A stretch of DNA of 63,728 nt, the filler included, from Octopus bimaculoides (Eukaryota), in NCBI RefSeq assembly GCF_001194135.2. It is 3 parts of 3 records of this genome, joined end to end, with 100 filler letters (N's around TTAATTAATTAA, not from the genome) between each part and the next. Parts side by side here need not be neighbours in the genome. Positions count along the whole stretch, not along the records: positions 1 to 31,358 come from NC_068981.1; 2 more parts are not named here. The stretch is one strand, 5' to 3'. Numbering within the stretch: position 1 is the stretch's first letter; each line of letters starts with the position of its first letter. Below are positions 1 to 13,501 of the stretch, piece after piece. The translations under genes were made by a program, and so were the position numbers. The notes below the pieces were generated by a model. The model ran no database searches. It had not been told where the DNA came from and saw only the letters and a program-made list of their open reading frames with translations.

Positions 1-1870
1 ATATATATATATATATACGTATATATATATACGCATAAATAAATGCATACGATTAAACATATATGTTTATTTGTCTATTTGTGCCCATTTGTTTCATTAA
101 AAAATGACTCTAGACATGCTTATAATTTCTTTTATGTGAATAATATGTCGATTTGATTTAATGCCAACATTAACCACTGCATACGTCTGTGTGCTGTGCT
201 GTTACTAATATCTGGACAATATATTACTTCATTTACGACCGATTTGTTGAATTATTACCTCTTCTATAGATAATGGCCAAACGAAATTATACTGAAAAAA
301 TAAGCTATAAAATGCACGGCAACATGAATATCCCACATGTAATACGACTATACTTTATTTATAGGAATTCTAATGTATTATTTTGCTATTAATATGAAAA
401 AGTGTATGCAAGCACCGGAAAAAATATAAGAAAATTATAGTAGAGTTCTGAAAGTACTAACGATGCGTAATTGCAATGTTATCAATAGAACTGTATTATT
501 GGTTTCTTTTCGAGATATTTCCGCAAATATTAGCAGTAAAATGAATAGACTAAAAATGCGCTCAGACACATATAGCAATGGTGGTTTCCTACAAATGTCT
601 CGACTGAAAATATCTTTGTGAGCCTCGTGTGAGGACATAGACATAGAAATTGCATTTAACCTTACGATTACAATGAAGAATTTGTTTGATGTCATGCAAA
701 CACGAGTAGTATTTTCTTCAAACACATTTGAACCGGTAGTAAAGGAATCAATTACAGATTGTGCATTTCTGTAGAGTGTAGGCCATATAATTTGATCCTT
801 ACCATTCTTTTATCCCTTAAACATTGATGATGAAATGATATACTCCTTTAAATCGCTGGAATATTTACGGTTGACTACACTCACTCCATGACACGATGAA
901 ACTTCCAAACATCTTTATATTTTGAATTCTTCTTATCTTGTTACAGTCAGCTTGATAGCCCATAGATCATTGGATAACTACAGGCAAGACAACATGCAAC
1001 CATTTCTCCGATGCTTTAATTTCTACAGATTTTCGACTTTCATACAATTTTTACTAAACCCTGCTCGAGATAATGTACTTGATATATGATCAATCAGTTG
1101 ACTAACCTCTTGGTTCTGTTCTCATCCTTGTTTATCCACCAGGTAACAGAAGCTCATAAAACCATCACTGTGACTAGTTCAACCACAGCTGAGTGGCACA
1201 ATAGTGTCTTGGTGACACAAAGGAGTCCAGTGGACTCATGTGCTCCGTTAATTTACTCTTGTTTGAAATGTAAGACAATCATGAATGGGAATGATAGAGA
1301 TTTTAACGCCGCAGGGCCGCTATTTACATCACATTCTAAGCTATTGCAATGAATAACCTGTAATTTCTCCCTCAAACCGAAACTCTTTCACTCTTTAGCA
1401 CAGTTATTTAGGCTTTTTAAGAATCAGATGATCTCAAGGCCACTTCGCTTACTTTTATTCATCGGGTCTAATCACCGAATCAATGAGAAATTCGAAGAAA
1501 GAGTTTGTATTTGAATCAGCAACACTTTGGAAGATATTTTCATGAAAGCTTTAAAACAATTTTGCTTCATGTTTAGCTTCTTGATTGGTTCTTTCTAAGA
1601 CAAGTTAGCTTCAAGATGGAGTATATAGTTGGCCTCAATTTCCTATAGTTACTCTGATGAACAGCAATGGCTTTCCAGATCATTTGTTTACTTTGATATA
1701 AATAAAGTAACATTTTCTCTGCCACTTCTAAAAATACACATTCCTATAATGACTAATAACTCTATTATCACTCCTTAACTACTCTCGTTAATAGACCCGA
1801 ACATATCAAATAGAGAAAGGAAATTTTATTTCCCCACGTTATCATGGAGATAATTTCTTGATGTGTATAA

Positions 1871-2068
1871 GGCGGCGAGCTAGCAGGATCTTTAGCTGCG
1901 AAAATGTTTGGCGGCATTTCCGTTTTCTGCGTTCGAATGCTGTCGGGGTCGAGTTTGCCTTTCATCTTTACGGGGGTCGATAAAATAAAAGTACCAGTGG
2001 AACTTTGGGGACGATGTAATAGACTTAAACCCTCCCTGAAATTGCTGTCCTTGTACCAAAATTTGAAA
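1871..2068 (+). mobile_element. tRNA-derived SINE, family A (GGCGGCGAGCTGGCAG head)
   Basis: Shares the body ..TTTGCCTTTCATC..GGGGTCGATAAA..GTACCAG..GATGTAAT.GACT with many other copies in this window. Confidence 0.8.
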
Positions 2069-2657
2069 TTGATTACTTGATATATCAAATAGACTGCCTT
2101 ATAACACACCGCGTATATACGTGAAATAAAACATTGAAAATCCAAGAAAATATTAGGTCACATGCTTTTCCTTAATTTCTGAAAGAAATTTCTACATCCG
2201 CCCTCGGGTGCGGTTATCTTCTGCTTTCTTTCGTAATTCCTACGAGAATCAAAATAGTTAGCCAAGTGGGCCAATACGGAATATCCGGTTTCTTTCTCTT
2301 GGAATCAAAACTCCATTTCAGCAAGAATTGTTCCTAATTATCTCTTCAATGATTATACCCTCTAGCCTTCGTATATTTTTACAGCTCCCTTTGATTATTT
2401 AAGCTTGTGAATGAAGGAAAATTTCCACTTGCATTAAATAACTCATCAGCAGCTACGCCATTGAAACTCACAGCTTTTGTGATGAATCCTGACGCATTGA
2501 TCACTGGTTTGCACTTACGCAATACCACCTATCTAATTTTATATAATTATGCCCCATGGTAAATAGAAATATTAAACGTTTTATTTAATATGAGACAACG
2601 GGAATTTCATTCACATTTTGAAATACATTTTGCTTTGTAGTATTCTTCATTTCACCC

Positions 2658-2893
<236 letters not shown>

Positions 2894-4574
2894 NNNNNNN
2901 NNNNNNNNNNNNNNNNNNNNNNNNNNNNNNNNNNNNNNNNNNNNNNNNNNNNNNNNNNNNNNNNNNNNNNNNNNNNNNNNNNNNNNNNNNNNNNNNNNNN
3001 NNNNNNNNNNNNNNNNNNNNNNNNNNNNNNNNNNNNNNNNNNNNNNNNNNNNNNNNNNNNNNNNNNNNNNNNNNNNNNNNNNNNNNNNNNNNNNNNNNNN
3101 NNNNNNNNNNNNNNNNNNNNNNNNNNNNNNNNNNNNNNNNNNNNNNNNNNNNNNNNNNNNNNNNNNNNNNNNNNNNNNNNNNNNNNNNNNNNNNNNNNNN
3201 NNNNNNNNNNNNNNNNNNNNNNNNNNNNNNNNNNNNNNNNNNNNNNNNNNNNNNNNNNNNNNNNNNNNNNNNNNNNNNNNNNNNNNNNNNNNNNNNNNNN
3301 NGTAATTTGTCCATTTTCTGTATTTAGCCCTGTGTGGCTATAATAAAAAGATATATATCTCTCTGTTTGTCTATCGGTCTCTATGTCTGTCTATCTGCCT
3401 TTATATGTGTCTATCTGTCAAACTATCTATCTATCTGTCTATCTATCTGTCTATCTGTCTAGCCACCTATCTACTTATCTATGCATGTGTGTGTATGTCG
3501 TGTCTGCCTGTCTGCATGGCTGTCTGTCTAGGCATCTATCTACTTATCTATACATGTGTTTGTCTATCGTGTCTGTCTGGCTGCCTGTCTCTGTATCTAA
3601 CATGACATTTTATGTAACTTTACAACATGCTTTGTAGCCGTCTGTACATCATACTGTCTACATCTTTAACTATCTATCTCCGTATCAATTACCAATCTCT
3701 CCCTCTTTCATGTTTTTTTTTCCTTTCTAACTCTGTGTGTCTCTGTACCTTTGTTTTGGAAATTCTCTATATTACATTACATTAGAGTATGGTATGAAAC
3801 GGCGTCAGCTACGCAGAGCAGGAAATTAAAGAAGAATTTTCACAAAACATCTTTAAAAAATAGATGAAATAAATAAAAAAATATTGTCAAAGCTCACTAA
3901 AATATTAATGCAAACCTAGACTAAAATATTTCGTGCACGTCTAAATATTTCGACGCTTCATAGCATTACATAAGAATGGGGAAAATGACCGCATTGGTTT
4001 TAAATACATTTTTCACAGCTTGCATTAACATTTACTATTAAGTAACGTGTATCAGTTTGGATGTAATTGTATAGGAGAAAAAGATTATGTATGTGTGCAC
4101 GTTTTTACAAGCATGTCTCACAAGTACGAAAAAAAAAATCACTTTTTTTTCTTGCTTGCTATGTGGAACAGCATAAGTGTGGTGCTTGCTTCAGGTTAGC
4201 TTTCTATGATTTGATTTTGTTGACTTGTATTGACGTGAAATTATGAAGAATTTTCCTTCATCGTTGAGGCCTATTTCTGCTGATACTTAGACGTTTAAGA
4301 ACATGACTCTCACACATTGCACCTTCTTTTATCTTTCATCTATTATTTTTTTAGTCATTAGACTGCTGCCATGCTAAGGCACCGCCTTGAAGGGCTTTTT
4401 GGTCGAATAAACCGACCCCAGTGCCTTTTGGTGCTTATCTTATCGCTATCTTTACTGAATCGTTAAGTTACAAGGAACAAAGCACACCAACACCGATTTT
4501 CAAACTCTCCCGAGGGAAAACTCTTACACAAACACAGACACACATATACGCACACATACATATATACATTTACA

Positions 4575-4755
4575 CGACGGGATTCTTCCACACATACATA
4601 GACACACACTCACACACACATATATACATACGAAGGGCTTCTTTCAGTTTTGCCGATCTTTCCTCCTAACAAGGCTTTGGTCAGCTTGAGCTTATTCCAA
4701 AAGATATTTACTCATGGTGCCACGCAGCGGGACTGAACTGAAATCATGTGATGGC
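4575..4755 (-). mobile_element. SINE family B copy, degenerate
   Basis: GGGCTTCTTTCAGTTT..AAGGCTTTGGTCAGC..GGTGCCACGCAGCGGGACTGAAC. Confidence 0.7.
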
Positions 4756-5356
4756 CCATTTTCAATAACACAGATCTTAGTCGTAAATGGTCGACAGTGT
4801 TGCAACAAGCTACCTATTAACGATTTGAATACTGCATGAGGTTATTAATTATTAAGTAGACTGCAGATTCTAGGAAGTTCATAGCGAACGTTTCCTCATT
4901 TTAACAAAGGTATTCCAGGAGCGAAAATTAGTGATAATTGCGCAAGACAGTCAACATCAGTTATTGAATGTCAATTTTGCGCTCATCTACAAATCAGTTG
5001 CTTTGGGCATTTCCAAGGTTACAACATTCTGATTGAGTTTGATTAGTAGCGTCTATTTTTGTATTATTAAAAAGTAGGTAAGACTCTTGACGTCAAATTG
5101 CTTTACTTCGAAATCTTAAAACAGATAAAATAAATTTATAACATTCTTATCACCAATTTTCAACAAGCTACGTTTCTTACTAATTATAGTTTTTACATCC
5201 TTTTTATCATTCTGTTTGCTACTCGAGTCTATAATTTGTCTTGATGTTTTTTTATCGCAATTTCCTCTTCCGCTTGGATTTGTTTTAATGCCAGAATACA
5301 TGTTCCTTCGGGAACATCTGATATTACTTCCATTCCTTTCTGTCCATGATATATGA

Positions 5357-5423
5357 TCACAGGCTATGATTTCTTGCTAGCTCTTCTACATCTTGCACTA
5401 TAACTACTTCGAAATTGTTTGAT
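5357..5423 (-). CDS. Candidate terminal exon of the CTLD gene model
   Basis: Pyrimidine tract plus gttgtgcag|; phase 2; SNNFEVVIVQDVEELARNHSL*. Chosen only for phase compatibility. Confidence 0.2.
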
Positions 5424-6399
5424 CTGCACAACATGTATCAGCGCAATGAAAAGAAAATCTGTTACACCACAAAAAGAGAGTTCAGATAATGGCCATGTAG
5501 TCAACTGAAAACTATGTTGTCAGGAGGAAAGATCGGCTAATAATGGCAATGCAACATACAAAGAATTTGAAGTGACTAGATGTCAAATCATAAACTAACA
5601 CTAGCTGTCGCATATCATTTTCTGAATGCATAAAGCTGTGATAATATTTTCTCCATAAGAAAACCGACAAATCACACAAGACATAAAATAAAATAAACCA
5701 ACGCCATTTTTCTGTCACTTATTCAATATTTTAGATACGTTTTAGTTTCCCGTTGCCACATATTTGAATCATTGAAAGTCGTCATGCAATGTAGTCGCAG
5801 TGAGAAGCCAAAGCAACAGCGATCAGAATTATATACATTCAATGGTGATGTTCTTGTTTTCGTTAATAAATTTCCATCAATGCTACGTTAACGCATGTTT
5901 ATCAAAATAAAACATTCGGCTAAAGCTTCCTTTAATATTGCTCGTAATACAGTAGTGCTAATGACAAATAATGTTATGTGGGATAGGTAACTTGTTGACT
6001 CTACTACAATAATTGTTTCCACGTTACGAAAATGAATTCCCATTGTCTCTGCAGTTTATAAACAATCGAACGTCCCACGAATTGTAACAAATTTGGTAAT
6101 CGTTTCAGTTGCCAATGTTAAGTAGAGAAAAAACTGCTTTTCACTGATGGAGTAAATGCATGACTTAAAAATAGACCACTTAAATCTGGTAAAAAAATTC
6201 TGGATGTGTCATCTGTAGAGGATGTGTTGGTCTTCAATAACGTAAGATATAAAACGTTATTAGCTGATTAATTTATTGGGCTAAATCATCATCTATTAAC
6301 ACAGCACTGCTGATTGGTTAAAAACAAAAATTCTAAGAATAAGAGGTAGCCAGAAATTAATACGTATTTTTTTTTCCTTGGAGATAAGTAGCTTTGATG

Positions 6400-6465
<66 letters not shown>

Positions 6466-6662
6466 TAGAGAGGGAGGGAGAGAGGGAGAGAGAGAGAGAG
6501 GGAGGGAGAGAGGGAGAGAGAGAGAAAGAGAGTGACAGGATGTGATTGAGTGTATCTCCATATGAAAACACGTTTAGCGTTCAACAGATTTGTATGTATG
6601 CATATATATATATATAAATAAACACATACAAATACACACACAAGTACACACACACCCACACC

Positions 6663-6694
<32 letters not shown>

Positions 6695-7239
6695 CATATT
6701 TTTGCCCAAGATGCCACGCAGTTGAATTGAATTCCGAATCTGGTGGTTGGGAAGCAAGATTCTTAACATACAGCCACGCCTGCGCACAAGTTTATATTTT
6801 TTAATAATAATTTTGTGATATTAAATTTTTCGTTCTTGTATTTTTACTTCATCTTCTTACTGACTAAATGAATCTAATTGTGTACTGTTCCGGCCTTCCA
6901 TACTTTGTATATCATGCTGGTCTATTGATCGCATGTCTTACCTTTCTTTATTTGCATTAGTTTGCAAATACACAGTTGTATTACATAATGCTGATCTTAG
7001 ATAATGATGCAATCATAAGAACATAATTTCGTACATAACAAAATTAATACTACACGAAGAAGGTTGCGAAATTGCTGTATTACTAAAAATGTTATTGGGT
7101 TGAATAGATATATATTCATCTCTCATACTTCTTGAAATTATTGCTCCATATACTCCACATGAAATAATTTCATCGATCGAATTTTATGGATTTTCAGTTA
7201 CATGAACATTCTATATTACTCTATTTTGTAATTCATTAC

Positions 7240-7428
7240 TGCGTGGTCTGATTGCCACGTCTGCAGAGGAACTTTCTGTTTGAACCGCACAATTCCCTGA
7301 ATCTGTATTCGTTGTAAATAACCATCTTGCAACTGTAAACATCTGCATGAGAAATCAACCAAGCACTTCCAAACAGTCGAGCTTGAGTGATTGTCACTGT
7401 TGTATTGCGGAAATTTTTTGCATTCCAA
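7240..7428 (-). CDS. Candidate coding exon, C-terminal half of a C-type lectin-like domain
   Basis: ttcag|..CA|gtaatg; 189 nt, phase 2->2; WNAKNFRNTTVTITQARLFGSAWLISHADVYSCKMVIYNEYRFRELCGSNRKFLCRRGNQTT. Ends with the C-x13-C-x7-C (..FLC) pattern of CTLD termini. A second frame (LECKK..) is also open, so the frame is not certain. Confidence 0.45.
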
Positions 7429-8179
7429 CTGAATTATTAATGATTGGCATCAAACTAGATTTAATTGAGAATTTCAGTTGAGATGTGTCTATGTGTGTGT
7501 GTGTAATGTGGGCATGCACGGAAACACAGGCACATACGTACACAAATTACATACTTATTCCAGATTATCTGTAGCTCTGTACATTCAATAGCATAAGACT
7601 GATTTCATATTTTAAAAATTGTTTTCTCATTATCAGGTAACATTTAAATTCGTTATCATATATATTATTATATAATCCCTTAAATATTGTTAATTGAAAA
7701 TATTTTCCATTGATAGATGAATGTTGTATATGTATCAAAGTTTTCACTTAGAGCGAAATAGAAGCAACTTAGATATCATTATCGAATAATTAAATCATTT
7801 CTGTATATTAGGATCATTTAACTTTTATTTATTTTGCCGTAAAATCCATAACTTCGGGGAAAGGCAAATTAGCAAAACCTGCAATTAATGAATTATTCTA
7901 TAATTGTAAAGATGTTTTCATTTTAAATTCACAAACAATGTAAAAATTATAATTAAAAATGTTCCTAATATTTTACACAATATTTGGAATTACAGTCGAA
8001 TAGAAAGTTGTTTAGCTTACACAAATCCTTATGTTGCATACTTAAAATATGGAGGTTAAGTAAACCTCAATCTTGTTCATCTGGCATTAGATTTTAAATA
8101 TTTACAGATCTATCGTCTTGAATGGTCCCACACTTTATCATAAATTTTACTCATTAATTTCAATGTCAATATGTTTTAC

Positions 8180-8236
8180 CATATGAATGGATATATTGCC
8201 GTCTTCGAAATAATTCTTTTTGACAATATAGCAGTC
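8180..8236 (-). CDS. Candidate 57-nt coding exon (CTLD alpha2 region)
   Basis: Strong pyrimidine tract ttttcttttttaattatatag|, donor TG|gtaaaa; phase 2->2; TAILSKRIISKTAIYPFI. Confidence 0.3.
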
Positions 8237-8339
8237 CTATATAATTAAAAAAGAAAACATCGTGATACATTTCCCATATCTTGAAGCTGCTTATGAGAGA
8301 TGTATAGCTTAACATCTGAATATGTTCACTTCGGATTAC

Positions 8340-8451
8340 TTTTCTTTAATTTGAATATCAGCTATTATAAGTGGGGCACCAACACAAGCAGCAATAATTA
8401 AACTGGAATTGACCAGAGATGTTACAGAAATATGGAGAAAAACTACCACGT
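8340..8451 (-). CDS. Candidate coding exon (N-terminal part of a C-type lectin-like domain)
   Basis: tttcag|AC..GAA AA|gtaatc; 112 nt, phase 1->2; VVVFLHISVTSLVNSSLIIAACVGAPLIIADIQIKE. The C..GA.L..I....E pattern resembles the CTLD alpha1/beta2 region. Phase is compatible with the downstream candidates. Confidence 0.4.
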
Positions 8452-11400
8452 CTGAAATACCTATTTTTCTTTCATTTTATATAAATGTAGATTAGGTTTC
8501 TAAAAGATGGAGATACTATTAAAAGAAAACAAAATGGTTGTTTTTATTTTGAAGAAACTTTTATTTCATATAAATCGTTAATAGAAGACTACTGTGGTGT
8601 TTTTGATCCGCGAATATTATCCGAAAAAGTTTTCAAAGTTATGCTTTGTATTTATTTATCTGCCGTGTATCGAGTTAAAAACAGCGTGGAATTATTATGC
8701 TCTTAAATTATGGAAACGTTTTATTTTCAATGAAATACAGAAAACATTCTCCCTCTGATGTTTTCGTACAAGTTGAAATCATGTAACGTATCAGCTTAGG
8801 AATCAGTAATGATAATTCTAAAATGGACATTTAAGTGAGTTACCTAACCACGATGGCTTTGGAGAAAGTAAAATTATAAAATTCAGATCAATATTACTGA
8901 GTTAGTGTGTTTAAATTTTCAATAAACTTACCATATCTTATCTATGTTATAAATTTATATTCTCCGTGGTATACGTTAGTATCAGAATGAATATACAAAG
9001 ATCTAGAGATTATATTTTCCTTTAATATTAAATAAAAAAAAATATTTATTAATATTAGTAAGCCTTATCGTCAATGATTATTTAGACGCCGGTATGATAA
9101 TTAATATGATTGAGTAATATTCAGATGGAATTTTATGATGGTTGTATAAAGGTGCTGCGTTTTATGAAAATAAATCTGATTTTCGCTACATGTGCTATAC
9201 TTTATATTACTCGAATGAAATAGAAATGTTCATCTCAGAGTCGCTTTTAAAGAAGTTTACTTTAAACATGTTTGCACATGTAAATATGGGCATGCAGAAT
9301 AAAGTAATATAATATCAACATCTAGGGACAAACGTCGGTGAGGTTTGTTGTGATGTATCAGTTGATCCTATATTTTCTCAATATCGTTAGTCCTTTAAAC
9401 AACATCATTTTCGCATTAACATCTGTTGTAACTCTTCATAACTGCCGCACATCAGTCATAATCATTTGAAATAAAAGAATGCTCATCAGACAGATTTCTT
9501 TTTTTTAAGGCAAAACTATGCACGCTGCAACTGAAAGACGTTTCTAAATATTTATAACATTGTCCAAAAACTACATAATTTATGACAAAACGTAGTGAAA
9601 GGCAGTGAACGGCTGACATAAGACATATGGTTTGCAAGTAGGTTGTCGAGCTATACGACCTGCAGTCAACCAATACAATCTCCTTTATCTTCTGGCAGAT
9701 GCTAAGAAATGTATCATAAGTATCATCAATGATCTTCGGACTCAGTCATTTTGAAAGTATCGAGTTGAGTATTTCATCGGTTCTTTCTTTATAAACCTCG
9801 AATTATATAATTCGCACCTGAGGTTAGAAATAGCAATATAAAGCGACACGGCTAATGCGGCACTAATATTTACCCACGCTCGTAACAAAGTGTATAACAC
9901 AGTTGTTTGAATCCTGTTTCTAGAAATAAGGAAAGCGATAATATTTCTGAAATGTTTGCCTTCAGTGTATCTAAGTTTTGTTTCAAATGATAATCGTGTA
10001 TTGTATATGTTAGAAATCTTAGTTTTTTAAATGATATAAGAAAAGTTTTTCTTCTGTTTCTCTTTGAAGTTTTGAATAAATATATGACAGAATTAGGTGT
10101 CACGAAATAATTGCAATGTTGACGTATAGAGTACATACAGACAGCTTCTAATTATACACTATCCCAGAGGGTTCGATCAAAGTGTTGTGAACCAAAATGC
10201 TTCAATTTAATTCGAAATATGTTGGAATATGTGTTACAAAGTAAAAGTTCTGTATATTTTCTAAAAGCCATAAACAGGATGTTTGCAACCCATAATTACC
10301 CCAAGGATAATAACGACGTGACATTTGCTACCCCAAAAATTAATCGTTTTTTTTTTTGTCTTAATATTTTTCGGTTATGTCAACTTTATTGCATTGATTT
10401 TATATTTTGAAGATTAAAAGTGAGAGACTCGGGTGATTATAGATTTAAAATGAAAATAAAAGAAATGATTGTGATATGATGGGAATCTCTGTTCCGCGGT
10501 TTGCATTGTAATGTATCCAGTAATGTAGCTTACACATTACGTAACATTAAGGTGTACTAATGTTGCAACAGTATAATCACATGCAGTCACAGGCGCGGTA
10601 ATTAGTATTACAAATCATATATAAAGTAATCTTGGAGAAAGTATCATTTGCAATCTGCAGGTCATATCAACTTGCAGAACCCTCACTAACTAAATACGTC
10701 TAACTGTTAAATTAGATTACATATAATATCATTTATTGTCTGAAATGAACAGTAACCGATGCACCTGTCATATCTTTATGAATATAATGTCTACTATTGC
10801 TTTATACACTAGACAGACGTCCGCATGTTTTCTTATCATAAATAGAAAGAAACGTGTGATAATATATTATTCCATGACACTTTTATTAACGTAAATGACA
10901 CTTGGCTTCATAAAGCAATCACTTGACACTTATTTATAATTGACAGTTATTGTGTGGATAGCATTGGAAATAAAATCTTATGTTTCACAAGAACCAAGAA
11001 TAAGTATTGATACTGAATGAAGCTGAAATCAAATCAATGTTATATTTCTCAGATTTGGTATGTGTGTTCAAGTATTGTGGAGATATATCGTACATGTTTC
11101 GAAATGTTTTCTTTTTCCACCAACAAACACATGTCTTCGTTTACTGTCTAGATAAACGGATATAATGGCCAAACAGCTCGAAAGAATTTGGCATCGATAT
11201 TGCATTGAAGGGGGAGCTAATGTTGAATAAGCTGTAATTGTGTATATATATCGATGCACTTTTCAGTAGGTAGAGATCAGATTTATAGATTTCAGAGATA
11301 TACTATGTTAGTAATTCGCCCTTGCAATGGAAATGAACTTGTGCGCGGTCTATAAGGAAACATTTATTAAATTACCTGCAAAATTAGTGTCTGTGTGCGG

Positions 11401-12049
11401 ACAGCTAATCATTGATTAATTGCAGGCATATGCCCCTAAAGTACACTTAGAAAAAATAATTTTACATGCTATGTATTCCTAATTACAATGTTTATGAATA
11501 AAGAAAGAAAAAAAACTGAACTAGTTGTTTTTGGAACATCTTGTATCCTATGTCAGCATTATCATCTCTAACCTAGAGTGACAGAATAATTGCATGCATA
11601 ATGACAATAATACATTGAAGAAAGATATGATTTCTTTAAATATTATATATTGTAAAACTATGTATTAGATGGACTCATATCATGAGATCTATAGAATAAA
11701 ATGTTTGAAACGCTGGTTGATACTGGTCGTCAAACGTTATGTCTAATAAAAGTTTAAATACTCCGAAAACTCACGACACACACACACAAATATACACAAT
11801 CAATGAAATTACCACCTAGTCTGATTTTCACATATTATACTTTAAATTCCTTAAAGTGTTTACAATTTTTACAATTTTACGTGATTATAATAATAGAATA
11901 TTATATATTTATTGTGATAAAACTAGTACCCTCATGCGTTACACAATCAGCAGTAGTAGTGATGGTCGTTTTCCACAATTGAGAATCGTATTGAAATGGT
12001 CAAAGTTGGCCTTTAAATACCTCCCGATAGGTTCCAGCAGGCTGAATCT

Positions 12050-12960
12050 CATGCACTATATTTTAACTAATAAATATGCAGCTTAGATGGCACTGTTTGG
12101 TGCATCCCAGTCTGACCACCATATCTCTTTTGCAATTCGAACATTTGATGCAGTAAATTAAATTTATGCTTTTGCAGATCATATTTGAATTTGCAAATAT
12201 TCTTTCTTTTTTTCTGTTCATATATTGACCAGTATATATGAACTGGCATGTACCACATCAATCGTCATTGCATTTCAATACAATGAATGATTTGTTATTG
12301 TTGTTTAGGTCAGACTTTGCTTTGTTAATAACTGTTTCAAGTTCTTCAGTTGTTATTCACTTAGATCCATAGTTCGGTCCGTGATTATATCCTTTAATTC
12401 ATCACTTTCATTACTTTGAGGAATGAGCGGCAAATTTACTTAGGCAATGGTAAAGATAATTTGGTGACTCGGGTTTTGTGTCACGAAATGGTATGACATG
12501 TTCTCTTTGTCTTTATTGGGTTGCCCTAAGTTGTATGAAAATTTCTACAGCACGCGCTATATCATTTTCTATAGGTAAAGACGGGTATTTTTGTTTGGGT
12601 AGAAATTATTTGAGGCATTTGTCTCTAGTATTTACATCTTTCACAATGTTACAAATATTTCTGGTTAGGCAGTACAGGATATTGCGTCTTGTATTTGTTG
12701 GATGGCACGATTTAAAATTCATATATTCATGTATGTCTGTGTGCTTATATTATACATCTGTGGCGAGGACGGTATCACTTTTAATTATGAATCTTTCTAG
12801 AAATGGTAATTTGGTATTACTCATTTTTGAAAACTGAACAGTTCGGTGCAGATTGTTCAGGAGGATATTGAATTATTCCATAATACCTGGAGACTATGTC
12901 CATATTATGAAGCAACCATCAAGAGACCTCTTCAATGCAACCATCAAGAGATCTATTTTA
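12050..12960 (-). mobile_element. Degenerate Penelope-like retroelement (RT C-terminal half, thumb and GIY-YIG endonuclease), pseudogenised
   Basis: Manual minus-strand translation with stops and frameshifts: RSLDGCFIIW (decayed R-F/Y-x-DD-CFIIW RT motif, 12929-12900), FNILLNNLHRTVQF..KLPFLE, TDV*YKHTD..YMNFKSCHP..RRNILYCL..IC.IV, KQKYP; then C*CGTCQFIYTG..NMICKSINLIYCIKCSNCK and a frameshifted YGGQT (GIY-YIG with upstream Cys motif). Order and motifs match PLE ORFs. Confidence 0.9.
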
Positions 12961-13413
12961 GACCTATATGCTTAGGGTTTAATTCCTCAGCATTGTGATA
13001 CTAGTAAAAAAAACAACCTATAAGAGTGTTACCACTCTGACCAGAGAAACCTTTATAACCATATCCTGTATAGCCATGTCGATGCATAATGCTTACACCT
13101 TCCCTTTCCTTAGAAGTGATTGTCCCTTATACTATAACTACCAGATAAGAGACAATAAAATCAGAGACAGTTAGAATTTCTGCCTAGAACCAATTACTAG
13201 CCTGATAGNNNNNNNNNNTGTCCCATATACTATAACTACCAGATAAGAGACAATAAAATCAGAGACAGTTAGAATTTCTGCCTAGAACCAATTACTAGCC
13301 TGATAGCCTTGGCTATGTCAAGATGGATTTTTATGTATTCTTCCTCTCACTTGGATTTCAAACGTTGCCACAATTATAATATGTCTATTCTACTGTAATT
13401 TTCTGCATTTTGG

Positions 13414-13501
13414 TGCAGCTGAAGATTGCTCTACATATTGCATTTAATGCAAAGCTCGCATTACTTAAATAAATGGAGTAGCATGAAGCGTGCGTACTGC
13501 A
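13414..13501 (+). ncRNA. Type I hammerhead ribozyme-like motif (one core substitution)
   Basis: Stem I TGCAG (13414-18)/CTGCA (13497-501), CTGAAGA (13419-25), stem II TGCT/AGCA with a long insert, GAAG instead of GAAA (13485-88), stem III (G)CG-TG-CGT, GTA triplet. Confidence 0.6.

Noticed and set aside
435-810. Minus-strand frame of about 125 codons (WPTLYRNAQSVIDSFTT..; ILLLIFAEIS), suggestive of a hAT dimerisation domain or an ion-channel helix
   Set aside because: Only scattered residues match either family; no diagnostic motif or clear splice signals.
2250-2545. KAVSF..FNASG peptide resembling a pogo/CENP-B helix-turn-helix
   Set aside because: Too short and degenerate; no DDE motifs recovered downstream.
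5300-5317. 7-bp hairpin with a C(UUCG)G tetraloop
   Set aside because: Short enough to occur by chance in 64 kb; no larger RNA context.
13121-13306. 88-bp tandem duplication
   Set aside because: The copies sit directly either side of a 10-N gap, typical of unmerged overlapping contig ends. The repeat flanking the gap at 56048-56222 is probably the same.
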